Notes: generated by a model from the sequence alone, not told the origin. A stretch of DNA of 64,000 bases from Candidatus Tiddalikarchaeum anstoanum (GCA_902385255.1 CABMEV010000004.1:34590-98589); one strand, 5' to 3'; positions 19,108 through 29,273 are shown, numbered from the stretch's first letter. Program-made: numbers and translations.

Positions 19108-20394
19108 ATGAATAAAAATACGCAAAAAATTATGTTTTTGGTTCTTATAGCCGGTATTGTCCTTATTAGTGGCTGCACCGTGTCAGTAAATACAGGCAGT
19201 GATAACTCTAATAATGCAAATAATAATGCGGGAAATAATGTAGATAATAATTTAGGAACGGTATCCGGGTCAGATTTTGAATTTATCGTGCCTTCTGAAC
19301 TCCCAATAGCGTATGTCGGACGCCCATATCTTTACTCTTTCTGCAATCCCGAGCCTGAAGCTCAGACTGGTTTTTCATGGACCTGCGGCGTAGATGTAAC
19401 TCCTGTAAATCCCAGCGGCGGAACTCCTCCTTACGAAGTTACAGTCGAAGAATCTCAAGATGAATGGTATGTTGATGGTTTATATAACGGCGGCGACGGA
19501 TTATTGAATTTCACCGCTAAACTTGGCGACGAGGGGCAATACGTTTTGAATGTCTGCGCAAGAGATACTGGCAGTAACAATCAAATATGTAAGAATACAA
19601 CGCTGTATATAATGTCAGATACTGTCACAGTCAAAGGGGAAGGCAATTTTAACCATTCTCTGTTATTGAAGATTAATTCTATTGTAAAAGCAGCTGATTT
19701 TGCAGGCAACCAGGATGAAAAAAATGTAATTACAGGTTACGTGGCTGCAGCAAATTTCACATTTGACAAAGTAACATCCAGCGTTCCAGCATCGCCTTCA
19801 GGAGAAGGAGCAGCGTGGCAGGGAGGAGGTTCATCTTCCAGTTTAGATGTTACTGCAAATGAGAATAGTGTTTCAGTAACCGCTGATGGTAATGCGCCTT
19901 GCGGGCAGACGTCGTATTATGGTGGTTACCAAGTTGATTATTACATGGTTGGTTATGTAGGATATAATGATAATTTGTATCTCGCATTGAGTTTGACAAA
20001 TACAGGCACTATGACTAAAGCTGTTGATATTTATCTTAATGTGAGTTCCGAATTGGATGCGAGGTCAGCGCATTATTTCGACGCAACGGCAAACGCAGTG
20101 GTATGTGTGGGAAGTGATAATTGCGTAGAAGCTCCGACAGGGAGTCCTGGTGCGGTGATGAAAGACGGCGTGGTGTATCGTGTTCTTGTGCGCCCTGGAA
20201 ATCACTGGATTAGCATAGGCAGCATGAATAACAGGTTTGCTAATACGAATATGATCACTTGTCCTTCATTTGTACAATCAAGCAGTACAGTGTCAGTAAT
20301 AATCGTTCCAGCAGACATGAATGACGGAAAGAGAGCAATAGGGACAATATACTCATACAGATACGGAACGGGAACAGAATCCAGTATTAGATAA
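19108..20394 (+). CDS. Surface lipoprotein with putative Ig-like domain
   Basis: ISGC lipobox, Asn-rich linker, SGGTPPY beta-sandwich motif. Confidence 0.7.
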   Translation: MNKNTQKIMFLVLIAGIVLISGCTVSVNTGSDNSNNANNNAGNNVDNNLGTVSGSDFEFIVPSELPIAYVGRPYLYSFCNPEPEAQTGFSWTCGVDVTPVNPSGGTPPYEVTVEESQDEWYVDGLYNGGDGLLNFTAKLGDEGQYVLNVCARDTGSNNQICKNTTLYIMSDTVTVKGEGNFNHSLLLKINSIVKAADFAGNQDEKNVITGYVAAANFTFDKVTSSVPASPSGEGAAWQGGGSSSSLDVTANENSVSVTADGNAPCGQTSYYGGYQVDYYMVGYVGYNDNLYLALSLTNTGTMTKAVDIYLNVSSELDARSAHYFDATANAVVCVGSDNCVEAPTGSPGAVMKDGVVYRVLVRPGNHWISIGSMNNRFANTNMITCPSFVQSSSTVSVIIVPADMNDGKRAIGTIYSYRYGTGTESSIR

Positions 20395-20444
20395 TTGAAA
20401 ATAAATTATAATATTTTAAGAAAAGAATGGTTTTATAATATTTT

Positions 20445-20516
20445 AGCTTCAGGGGAGAGTTGAACTCCCGGCCTTATGCTTACGAGGCATACGCTCTACC
20501 ACTGAGCTACTGAAGC
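20445..20516 (-). tRNA. tRNA-Thr(CGT)
   Basis: Full cloverleaf GCTTCAG...CTGAAGC-T; anticodon loop CTCGTAA; no encoded CCA. Confidence 0.96.
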
Positions 20517-20558
20517 AGTTTAATAAAATAATATCTAATTTTTTACTTTTAAACCCTT

Positions 20559-20888
20559 TTATGCAATTCTTTTGCCGTTAGGAACAGCCTTATCAGGAGT
20601 GAGAAGCACCACATCTTTATTGTCCAGTATTACACCCAAGACTAACACTTCCGAAACAAAATTAGCAATCTGCTTTGGAGGAAAATTAGTAACAGCAACA
20701 ACCTGCTTGTTCACTAGTTCTTCCTTCTTGTACAACTTTGTCACCTGAGCGCTTGACTTTTTAACGCCGAAACTCCCGAAATTAATCGTAAGCTTATAAG
20801 AAGGATTCTTCGCCTCAGGAAAGTCTTCAACACTCGTAATCGTACCAGTACGCATCTCCACTTTTTCAAAATATTGCCAAGAAATCAT
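20559..20888 (-). CDS. csaA: tRNA-binding/export chaperone CsaA (OB fold)
   Basis: SSAQVT, VTNFPPKQIANFVSEVLVLG. Confidence 0.9.
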   Translation of the reverse strand: MISWQYFEKVEMRTGTITSVEDFPEAKNPSYKLTINFGSFGVKKSSAQVTKLYKKEELVNKQVVAVTNFPPKQIANFVSEVLVLGVILDNKDVVLLTPDKAVPNGKRIA

Positions 20889-20989
20889 AATACTTTTTAA
20901 TGTCTTATTAGTTTTAACTTTTTTGATTTTATTAGAACTGTAAAGTAGTGAATAAATATTTTAATGGGCTGAGATTTAACATAAACCGT

Positions 20990-22318
20990 ATGGATTTCGG
21001 TTACGGGGAAAAGAAAGCAGGCAACGTCGAGGCAAAAACGCAGCAAAGCATCAAAAACGTAAAAGGTTTAAGAATACATTCTAGAAACGCTTTTGGAACA
21101 TTATTAGAAGTTGACGCCGAAAAATGCAGTATTTATTTTAATGCAAGCACACTTGGAAAGAAAGGATTAGAGTATTATAAAAAAGGAGATATGATAAGTT
21201 TAGCAAGAGAATCATATAATAATCATTTTAAAAATATCAAAAAAGGAGATATTACATTATTAGTTAATCATATAATGATGGAGAAAGAATCTGACAATTA
21301 CAGGGACTTTATAGTAGAAGAGTTAAGAAGATTGGGCGAGTCTGAAAACTGCGCTGTTCCTTCAGGAGAAACTGCAATTATGAATACACTGCAGGGCACA
21401 TACTTAGGATTAACATCAATCTCTATTGACAATAGGGGAAGTGAATATGATTTGGAGGGAAAACTTTTACTACCACACGCGGATGGTGTTGGCACTAAAA
21501 CATTAGTATACAAGATTGGTGATTATGGATTTGTTGTTGACGCATTGGCGATGAACTTAAATGATATACTGGTTGCGGGATTAAGCATGCCAGAAAAAGT
21601 TTTCTGCTGTAATACTTTAATTGTTGGAGAAGGATATGAGAATGATATTGAAGGAATAAGATCTGAACTTGAAAACGTCTGCAAAGAGAGAAATATAGAA
21701 TTAACAGTTAATAATTTTGTATTAATGCCCAACTTTAAAGGCGTCGAATTAGACATGGTTTTAACAGCCATTTACGACAAGGAAAAAATTGGAAAATTCA
21801 ATGTTAAAGAAGGTGACTTGGTTATTGGAGTTGCAAGTTCAGGAATACACAGTAACGGACTCACAGGGGCAAGAAGTTATGCGGAGAACTTATCCGAGAC
21901 AGATAGGAATATTTTTTATGAAAAATTGGCAGTGCCTACACTTATATATGATGGGTTCTGGGATAAGATATCAAATAAAGGAATAACAGGTGCTGTTCAC
22001 GTAACAGGAGGAGCTTTCAAAAAGATTCTGAAAGTATTACCTGAAGATTTAGATGTTTTCATAAATAAAAGTCATACTTTGAATCCTCAAGATTTATTTT
22101 TTGAATTGAAAAAACAGGCAACTAATGAAAGAATGTACAGTTATTTTAACTGCGGAATAGGACTAGTTTTAATAGCAGATAATGAGAGCGCAGAAAAAAT
22201 AGTTGCAGAAATAAACAACGCCGGGTACGACGCTGACGTTATCGGTCTTGTCGAACAAGGCAGGCATGAAATACATATAGAATCAAAGTTTGACAATGAA
22301 GAAGTAATACTAAAATAA
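20990..22318 (+). CDS. purM: PurM-like AIR synthase-family protein with duplicated N-terminal domain
   Basis: DGVGTK, DALAMNLND, GDLVIGVASSGIHSNG, HVTGG, FNCGIG; extra N-terminal copy carries SGETAIM. Confidence 0.78.
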   Translation: MDFGYGEKKAGNVEAKTQQSIKNVKGLRIHSRNAFGTLLEVDAEKCSIYFNASTLGKKGLEYYKKGDMISLARESYNNHFKNIKKGDITLLVNHIMMEKESDNYRDFIVEELRRLGESENCAVPSGETAIMNTLQGTYLGLTSISIDNRGSEYDLEGKLLLPHADGVGTKTLVYKIGDYGFVVDALAMNLNDILVAGLSMPEKVFCCNTLIVGEGYENDIEGIRSELENVCKERNIELTVNNFVLMPNFKGVELDMVLTAIYDKEKIGKFNVKEGDLVIGVASSGIHSNGLTGARSYAENLSETDRNIFYEKLAVPTLIYDGFWDKISNKGITGAVHVTGGAFKKILKVLPEDLDVFINKSHTLNPQDLFFELKKQATNERMYSYFNCGIGLVLIADNESAEKIVAEINNAGYDADVIGLVEQGRHEIHIESKFDNEEVILK

Positions 22319-22322
22319 GTTT

Positions 22323-23996
22323 CTACATGCTTTTTACCGACTCTATGTTTAACAATTTCAGGCAGCTCTCCATAATCATTGCAAAAGAGTGCACTATTAA
22401 AGCCCTTGACTTCTTAATATCCTCATTCTCAGCTGTCAATACAGGATTCTTCTCATAGAACGCGTTAAATGTAGAAGCTAGTTTGAAAGCGTAATTGCAT
22501 AACATGTAAGGGCTGTACTCATTAGCTGATTTTTCAACAACGTCAGGGAATTCAGCAAATAATTTAACAATGTTGAATATCTCCTCAGACTCGAAGAATC
22601 CAGGATTAGCCTTGAACAATATCTTGTTGCGGACTTTTGAAAGAATCTTATTAGCCCTGACAAGGGAGTATAACAAGTAAGGACCTGTGTCGCCGTCAAA
22701 ACTTATAGACTCAGCGGGATTAAACACTATATCCTTATTATTCGACACCTTAAGCATGTAATATTTCAAAGCTGATAATCCGATTAAGTCTGCGATTTTC
22801 TTATTAGCCTCTTTCTCGCGCTTCTTCATCTCTTCCATTGCCAAATCATGCAGTTCATCCATTAACTCGTCAGTGCCTATGAAATTGCCTTTCCTTGATG
22901 ACATCTTTCCTTCAGGAAGCATCACCATCCCGTAACTCAAGTGGTGGCAGTTGTCAGCATAAGAGTAGCCAAGCAGTTTCAAGGTTTTGAACAGCATTGA
23001 CATCTGATAACTTTGCTCGTTGGCAATGACGTATAATGACCTGTCAAACTTGAACTCGTCATACTTAATCTTTGCAAGATACAAGTCCTGCGTGATATAA
23101 AGAGATGTGCCGTCTCCGCGAAGCAGGCATTTCTTCTGGTCATTTCCTAAGTCTACGAATACTGCTCCAGTGTTATCCTTTTTGAAAACTCCCTTATCCA
23201 CCCCTTCGTAGACTATTTTCTTGGCCTTATCATAAAAATCACTCTCATAATATACTTTGTCGAATTTTTTTAACCCGAAGCGCTTGATTGACTCTTCAAA
23301 TCCTTTGAAGAACCAAGCATTCATCTTCTTCCATAACGCCCGCACTTTCTTGTTGCCGTCCTCCCAATCCTTTAACATCTTCTGGGCTTCATCCTCTAAC
23401 TTCTTATTCTCCTCAGCTTTCTTTGAGAACATTACATAAAAGTCTCCGACGAAGTGGTCGCTTTTATCATTAGGCTTCTTGCCCTTGCCCCATTTCTGGT
23501 AAGCAAGCATGGACTTACAGATGTGAACACCACGGTCATTGAACAAGTTTAATCTCTTAACAATAAAACCCTGGCTTTCCAACAATCTTGAAACGGACTC
23601 GCCGAGACTCATATTACGCGCGTGGCCGATATGCAAAGGCTTGTTAGTGTTGGGGCTTGGGAATTCGATAATAATTTTCTTGCCGTTCTTAGACAGGAAG
23701 CCATACTTATCCTTATCCTTCAATACGTTCTTAATTATTAATTCTGCAAATTTTTTCTTATTAAGGAAGAAATTAATGTAAGGACCCTGCGCTTTTACGT
23801 GCTCGAATATTGAATCTTTAATGTTAATAGTGCTGATTATCTTAATAGCTGCCATGGCAGGATTCTCATTATCCCTCTTTGCAACTTCGAAGGCTATGCT
23901 TGTAGAATAATCACCCATTTTAGGGTCAGGAGGAGTGCTAATCTTGTCCTCAGATACGTTTAAAATCTTCGCCAGTTGGCTTATTGCGAACTTCAT
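22323..23996 (-). CDS. argS: Arginine--tRNA ligase
   Basis: SPNTNKPLHIGHARN, KMSSRKG, GDTGPYLLY. Confidence 0.97.
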   Translation of the reverse strand: MKFAISQLAKILNVSEDKISTPPDPKMGDYSTSIAFEVAKRDNENPAMAAIKIISTINIKDSIFEHVKAQGPYINFFLNKKKFAELIIKNVLKDKDKYGFLSKNGKKIIIEFPSPNTNKPLHIGHARNMSLGESVSRLLESQGFIVKRLNLFNDRGVHICKSMLAYQKWGKGKKPNDKSDHFVGDFYVMFSKKAEENKKLEDEAQKMLKDWEDGNKKVRALWKKMNAWFFKGFEESIKRFGLKKFDKVYYESDFYDKAKKIVYEGVDKGVFKKDNTGAVFVDLGNDQKKCLLRGDGTSLYITQDLYLAKIKYDEFKFDRSLYVIANEQSYQMSMLFKTLKLLGYSYADNCHHLSYGMVMLPEGKMSSRKGNFIGTDELMDELHDLAMEEMKKREKEANKKIADLIGLSALKYYMLKVSNNKDIVFNPAESISFDGDTGPYLLYSLVRANKILSKVRNKILFKANPGFFESEEIFNIVKLFAEFPDVVEKSANEYSPYMLCNYAFKLASTFNAFYEKNPVLTAENEDIKKSRALIVHSFAMIMESCLKLLNIESVKSM

Positions 23997-24065
23997 GGCC
24001 AAATAAATGCTTTAATACGTTAAAAAGGTAACGAATTTAAATAGTAAGATTGTCTTATTTAATCC

Positions 24066-24467
24066 ATGAATCAGAATGATATAGTCACATTTCTCAGAAT
24101 GCAGAAAGCAAACGACCCCGAGGCTTATGAGAAGTATATGGCTGAATATAAAGAGAAAAACCCTGATTTTTATAAAACTGTCCTAATCCCTGCTTTAGAG
24201 CCACAGAAGACGGAGAAAAAAGCACCAACTACGTACAATAATGTTCCAAACCCTGCTGAGATGCTGGCCACAGATGTACAGCCTATAGGCTCAGCCAATG
24301 TAGGAGAATTAAACTACGGCGCCCCCGAACAACAAGTTAAAAAAGAAGCTGCCAATGAGAAACCCAAATCCGAGATTAACAGGAGAAAACCGCCTATTAA
24401 AATAATACTAATCATTGCAGCAATACTAATCGTGGCAGGCGTGATGGTTGCAATATTCATACGTTAA
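24066..24467 (+). CDS. Hypothetical tail-anchored membrane protein
   Basis: Single C-terminal TM helix. Confidence 0.65.
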   Translation: MNQNDIVTFLRMQKANDPEAYEKYMAEYKEKNPDFYKTVLIPALEPQKTEKKAPTTYNNVPNPAEMLATDVQPIGSANVGELNYGAPEQQVKKEAANEKPKSEINRRKPPIKIILIIAAILIVAGVMVAIFIR

Positions 24468-24503
24468 ATCTAAAAAGAATAATCTATTATATAAGTGTAA
24501 CAA

Positions 24504-24944
24504 ATGGTGCGCATTATTAAGCCAAAAAAGAGAGTCATATTCTACTGGTTCTTTGACAAAGGATTCTTCTTCATAATAACATCCCTCTTAGTCCTTGGAA
24601 CTTACCTTAGGTACTTCACTAATTATTACCTGCCAACGCTCTTCATACTCCAGATGGTGATAGTCACAGTGATGTTCTCATTGCTTTTGTTAGTCTATGA
24701 ATGGTTCGCCACCGAGTACTACTTATTGGAGGACCACGTCCTGATAAAAGACCTGGACAAGACCCGCATGATAAGGTACTCTGACATCAAGGACGTCGGC
24801 TACTACGGCAACTTATTACAGCACTTAATGGGCACAACCAACGTAGCAATTAGAACCAGAGACGACCACGACCACTATTTAAGAGGAATTAGCGACTACA
24901 AGTCGGTTGAAGATGAGATATTAAGGAAGATAACCCGTCCATAG
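24504..24944 (+). CDS. Membrane protein with bacterial PH-like domain
   Basis: Two TMs then TEYYL...IRYSDIKDV...LLQHLMGTTNV. Confidence 0.7.
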   Translation: MVRIIKPKKRVIFYWFFDKGFFFIITSLLVLGTYLRYFTNYYLPTLFILQMVIVTVMFSLLLLVYEWFATEYYLLEDHVLIKDLDKTRMIRYSDIKDVGYYGNLLQHLMGTTNVAIRTRDDHDHYLRGISDYKSVEDEILRKITRP

Positions 24945-25050
24945 TACGCATTAATGGCAAAAATAACGGGTAAAGTTTTATAAGTTAATAAGTATAATAT
25001 GTTAGTTGATGGCCCGTGAATTATCGGGCAGGTGTTTGATAAATAAATAA

Positions 25051-25212
25051 ATGTTTGACGTGATGGAAAAACTTAGTTATTTCTTTTACGTTCCGAAAGT
25101 GGCTTTCTTTTACAAAATTTTAACTGTAATTGGCTTTGCCGCTTACGACCCAACGCTGCTAATTGTAGCTTTAGTCGTGGACGTATTAGGACTCGTCGCA
25201 ACGTACGTATAA
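25051..25212 (+). CDS. Small 53-aa hydrophobic protein (not in ORF track)
   Basis: MFDVMEKLSYFFYVPKVAFFYKILTVIGFAAYDPTLLIVALVVDVLGLVATYV; upstream hairpin 25012-25029 and AGGTG. Confidence 0.5.
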   Translation: MFDVMEKLSYFFYVPKVAFFYKILTVIGFAAYDPTLLIVALVVDVLGLVATYV

Positions 25213-25258
25213 AAAGATTGTAATTTTCTGAAAAAAAACTTTGCTTAAATAGCGAAGC

Positions 25259-25765
25259 TCAGATTTGGAAAACCCTTCGCTGCTTTCCAATCTGGCAGAG
25301 TACCCTAGTTTTATGATTCTTGCCTACGCCGATTATACCCGACGGACACTTAAGTATGACAAATTCTGCTTCCAAGTTGTTAACCTTGTCAATATCAAAG
25401 CCCCTAATCATCTTCTCTGCCTCATCATTAGTGATGTCTAAAATGCCTTTGGTAGCCTTGGAACCTACGATTTGGGCGCCTTCAGGTGAGAGTCTTAAAA
25501 AATCGCCGTCGTAATGAGAGAAGTATAATCCCTTAATCTCAACGATTAAATCCTTGGTGTCAAAAGTGGAAACTTTCCCAGGCACAAGCCATATGCTGTC
25601 TTTCCCAAGATTATAAAACACCCAATCAGGTGGTATTTGAAAACCATAATTTTCAAAAATCTTATTCCTGAACTCTTCATCGAAACTTTTACTTAACTTC
25701 TTATACTCTACTTTTTCGAAAGTTTCGCTACGAAGAAACCTTCCATGTTTTTCCTGTGCGGCCAT
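25259..25765 (-). CDS. NIP7/RsmF C-terminal PUA-like protein
   Basis: GLYF...LRLSPEGAQIVG.KATK pattern; directly downstream of the m5C methyltransferase; start uncertain. Confidence 0.72.
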   Translation of the reverse strand: MAAQEKHGRFLRSETFEKVEYKKLSKSFDEEFRNKIFENYGFQIPPDWVFYNLGKDSIWLVPGKVSTFDTKDLIVEIKGLYFSHYDGDFLRLSPEGAQIVGSKATKGILDITNDEAEKMIRGFDIDKVNNLEAEFVILKCPSGIIGVGKNHKTRVLCQIGKQRRVFQI

Positions 25766-26616
25766 ATGCGAATCACCTCTTTCATATTAATACCCCTGCT
25801 ATCCTCAAAGCCTTTAATGTTAATATTTTCAAGAACGGCATCATCATGGCTCTTTACGAAACTGGCAATGACTTCCTCATTCTCCTCAAGAGTTAAAGTG
25901 CATGTCGAGTAGACAATGGTCCCGCCTGTTTTCAGCGCATCCCATGATGACTGAAGAAGGTCAGACTGCACCCTCTTCAAACTTCCGAAACTTCTTGGAT
26001 TAAACATTTTAGCAATAGCCCAGTTCTTCCTTATCGCACCAAAACCGCTGCAAGGAGCATCAACTAGAATCTTGTCAAAAGTGTCCGCGAATTTCTTGAA
26101 TCTCTGCCCAGGACCCCTCGTCACAATTATATTCCTGCAACCCAGCCTTTGCAGATTCACCCTAAGAACGCTAATCTTGTTAACATTAACATCATTCCCA
26201 ACCAGTACTCCTGTATTGTTCATCAACTGGCTAAGCTGGCTGGTCTTACTGCCCGGGCTCGCGCAGCAGTCCAACACAACATCGCCCTCCTTCGGGTCTA
26301 GTACGAGTGGAGGAATCATGCTAGACTGTTCCTGCACGTAGTAATAACCCATGAAGTGTTCTAAGCTGTTACCTAAAGCCTGATTCCTTTTTTTAACTAT
26401 GAAAGCATCTTTGTAGAAAGGCACATCCTCCAAGACCCAGGATTTTGCGAGAAGTAATTCTTTCAATTTTTCCCTGCTTGTTTTCAGTGTGTTAACCCTG
26501 ATAGAATCAGGGAGCGGAATCATTGAAGAGTTTATGAAACTGTCCAGTTCGTCGCCTATTAACTTCTTAAAATACTCCTTGAAGGAGTCTTTAAACACTG
26601 GCTTTTTTGAACTCAT
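25708..26616 (-). CDS. RsmB/NOP2-family RNA m5C methyltransferase
   Basis: YYVQEQSSMIPP, LDCCASPGSKT, ILVDAPCSG, VYSTCT, ENEEV, GFFVAKL. Confidence 0.95.
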   Translation of the reverse strand: MSSKKPVFKDSFKEYFKKLIGDELDSFINSSMIPLPDSIRVNTLKTSREKLKELLLAKSWVLEDVPFYKDAFIVKKRNQALGNSLEHFMGYYYVQEQSSMIPPLVLDPKEGDVVLDCCASPGSKTSQLSQLMNNTGVLVGNDVNVNKISVLRVNLQRLGCRNIIVTRGPGQRFKKFADTFDKILVDAPCSGFGAIRKNWAIAKMFNPRSFGSLKRVQSDLLQSSWDALKTGGTIVYSTCTLTLEENEEVIASFVKSHDDAVLENINIKGFEDSRGINMKEVIRIWPHRKNMEGFFVAKLSKK

Positions 26617-26679
26617 TATTAAATAAATAGGTGAAAACAGTTATTTAAAATCCTTTTACTATTAAAATAATATAATAAG

Positions 26680-26973
26680 ATGAAACGATTAAGTGCACTT
26701 GTTTACGGGAAAGTTCAGGGCGTATTCTTCAGGAGGAACACTGAACTAATAGCCTTAAAATTAGGATTAACAGGCTACGTTGAGAACCTTAAAGACGGAA
26801 GCGTAAAAGTGGTTGCTGAAGGAGAAGAGGATAAATTAAAGGACTTATTGGTTTGGCTTCATAAAGGCCCTGAGAATGCAATAGTTGAACGGGTATCTTA
26901 TGACTTTTTGCAGGCTACAGGAGAGTTTAAAACATTCACGAAAGTCTGGTCAAAGGACGCGTTCTGGTTATGA
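26680..26973 (+). CDS. acyP: Acylphosphatase
   Basis: GKVQGVFFR, GYVENLKDGSV. Confidence 0.95.
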   Translation: MKRLSALVYGKVQGVFFRRNTELIALKLGLTGYVENLKDGSVKVVAEGEEDKLKDLLVWLHKGPENAIVERVSYDFLQATGEFKTFTKVWSKDAFWL

Positions 26974-27263
26974 CTAAAATTAAGGATGAACTATTCAAGT
27001 TGTTAACTAAGATACCTAAAGGCAAAGTGACAACTTACAAGTCTTTGGCGGAAAAACTGAAAACGAGCCCGAGGGCTGTTGGCAGAATGTTAAACACGAA
27101 CACTAAACTGGTTATAATTCCTTGCCATCGTGTAATAAACAATAACGGATTAATCGGAGGATACAAAAATGGTGCTCCTAAGAAAAAAGCCTTGTTAAGA
27201 AAAGAAGGAGTAATATTCGATAAACACTTAGTGTCTAAAAACTGCATATATAAATTTCTTTAG
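26970..27263 (+). CDS. ogt: O6-methylguanine-DNA methyltransferase (short form)
   Basis: IPKGKVTTY, PRAVG, IPCHRV. Confidence 0.93.
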   Translation: MTKIKDELFKLLTKIPKGKVTTYKSLAEKLKTSPRAVGRMLNTNTKLVIIPCHRVINNNGLIGGYKNGAPKKKALLRKEGVIFDKHLVSKNCIYKFL

Positions 27264-28057
27264 TCATCCGCAAGCCAATAGCTTGAGTCGCACTGCATCA
27301 CTGCATGAATTACATTGCTAAACAGATTATAAACCATCGAATATAAGCGCGCCTTCTTCCTCGAAGCATTCAGCGAATTAATCAAGTCTTCATCTTTAAC
27401 CTTGTTAGTATAAGCATTAAGCACCCTGGCAGTTATGCACAGCGTATTAAAATCCACATCCAAGGAATGCATTGAGTGTCCGCACACGTCAAAACCAATA
27501 ATATTATTATTCTTAGCAAGGAACCTGATTGAATTTAGCAGTGATTCAAGATTCATTTTTCCAGTATTCCACTCACCCATTTCAAGGCTTAATTTCGTAT
27601 TTAGAACATCCAGATCAACAGACACGTAGACAGGCTGGCGTGATGCAACTAAAACATATCCAGCCTCGTCGGGGCTTAATACTGTCAATGCAGGAACATC
27701 TATTACTGTGCTGTCAGGACCAACGATTAAAACGTTGCAATCCGGGTGTTTCTTAATGGTTGAATAAATCCAGTTCCCGCAGGTCATGAACTTGTCAGGC
27801 TTGTAATGAAAATGCGTATCCATAGACTTAACCACTTCATCCTCAGTATAGTCAATATGAGCATCATAAACAAGCAAAGTAAAATTATCAACAGGTTCGA
27901 TGGAGTCTATGATTTTGTCAGTAAGGTAATGGTTTTTCCCGCTGCCCAAGTAATAAGGCTGTTTTGCTTCACTAACATTGTCAATAACGTCTAAATTAAG
28001 TAATTCTTCATGCATTTTGAGCGAAATCCTGTCATTTCTAAGCAGGTTTAAATCCAT
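27260..28057 (-). CDS. Arginase/agmatinase-family ureohydrolase (divergent)
   Basis: GSGKNH, YDAHID, VYVSVDLDVL, GFDVCG. Confidence 0.72.
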   Translation of the reverse strand: MDLNLLRNDRISLKMHEELLNLDVIDNVSEAKQPYYLGSGKNHYLTDKIIDSIEPVDNFTLLVYDAHIDYTEDEVVKSMDTHFHYKPDKFMTCGNWIYSTIKKHPDCNVLIVGPDSTVIDVPALTVLSPDEAGYVLVASRQPVYVSVDLDVLNTKLSLEMGEWNTGKMNLESLLNSIRFLAKNNNIIGFDVCGHSMHSLDVDFNTLCITARVLNAYTNKVKDEDLINSLNASRKKARLYSMVYNLFSNVIHAVMQCDSSYWLADD

Positions 28058-28109
28058 AGACTCCTAGATTAATATTTCTAATTTAAAAGTTTTACCTAAC
28101 AAGATATTT

Positions 28110-28883
28110 TTAGAGTCCTAATTTTCTCTTAAGCCATTGGAAGAACGACTTGTCATCCTTGTCCTCTATGAATAATTCCTCTCCAGCTATCTTATTCACT
28201 ATCTGCTTTATTATCTTGGCGCTCTTGCTTTTCGGGTATGAGAAAATCACAGGCCTTTTTTCGCTGACACTCTTCATAACGTAGATATCATAAGGGACTA
28301 CTCCTAGTATTGGAAGCTCAAGGAATTCTGCAATATTCTTCTCATCAAGGTCGAATTCAAGGCCGGTTTTTTTGTTAATTATGACTCCAAGAAGCGCCAC
28401 CCTGTCTTCTTCAGCTATTTTTTTAGCGCGAAGAGCATCGGTTAATGCAGGAAGTTCAGGATTAGTAACCAGCACTAACTCATCAGCAGCTCTCACTGCC
28501 AGCTCTGCTTCCTTTCCGAGTCCTGCGCTTGAATCAACAATTATGTAATCATACTTTCCTAACAAGTCAAGAAGGGATTTGCTTAATTGTTTCCTAATCT
28601 GGGTCTTTAAATGATGGAAGCTTAACCCTCCAGGTATTACCTTTAATCCTTCCTTGGTTTTGTAAATAGCAGATTCTATGCCTACTGCGCCGCTTAACAC
28701 GTCATGGAGTGTGGGTCCTTTATCAGTTATGCCAAGCAGTATGCTGAGATTAGGTGTTGTGACATTAGCATCTATTATTAGAACGTTCTTTCCTGCCTGG
28801 TGAAGCGCTGCGGCAACATTGCAGGACATGGTGCTTTTTCCAACGCCCCCTTTACCGCTTGCGAATACTATAACACGAGTCAT
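28110..28883 (-). CDS. minD: MinD/ParA-family ATPase
   Basis: SGKGGVGKS deviant Walker A, IDAN, VDSSAG, VTNPE; C-terminal amphipathic SFFQWLKRKLG. Confidence 0.9.
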   Translation of the reverse strand: MTRVIVFASGKGGVGKSTMSCNVAAALHQAGKNVLIIDANVTTPNLSILLGITDKGPTLHDVLSGAVGIESAIYKTKEGLKVIPGGLSFHHLKTQIRKQLSKSLLDLLGKYDYIIVDSSAGLGKEAELAVRAADELVLVTNPELPALTDALRAKKIAEEDRVALLGVIINKKTGLEFDLDEKNIAEFLELPILGVVPYDIYVMKSVSEKRPVIFSYPKSKSAKIIKQIVNKIAGEELFIEDKDDKSFFQWLKRKLGL

Positions 28884-28949
28884 ATTTTCAATTAATTCTA
28901 ATAACTGCACTTTTTAAATATTTTACATATCAGCCTAAAAAACAGGGAA

Positions 28950-29273
28950 TTATTGATACTTTGAGAACAGCTTCAGGCTGGAGTCTTCATCCTTGACAGA
29001 GCCTTCGAATATTAACACCTTGTATTTCTGGTTGAATTCTTCAAGCGTTTTGGAAACCTCGGCCAGCATGTTTGATGCCTGTGCATCATTAGTGATGTTG
29101 GTGACATGTCTTAACCTTACAGCCGTATCCTCGCCGATGTAAGCATACATGTTGACTACGAAGTAAGATTTGGAGTCGAACGTCACCTTTTTCGAGTTGA
29201 ACATTACGAACCTGACAATTTTATTCTCAAGAAGGGCTGTTATTGTTGAAACAGCGTTGCAGTCGAATATCAT
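28950..29273 (-). CDS. Hypothetical protein
   Basis: ORF with plausible codon usage from ATG 29273. Confidence 0.55.
   Translation of the reverse strand: MIFDCNAVSTITALLENKIVRFVMFNSKKVTFDSKSYFVVNMYAYIGEDTAVRLRHVTNITNDAQASNMLAEVSKTLEEFNQKYKVLIFEGSVKDEDSSLKLFSKYQ

Noticed and set aside
19200-19252. AATAAT-type repeats in the lipoprotein gene
   Set aside because: Simply encode an Asn-rich linker
20445-20516. tRNA-Thr or tRNA-Phe as an integration site
   Set aside because: No duplicated tRNA 3' end or integrase found in the window
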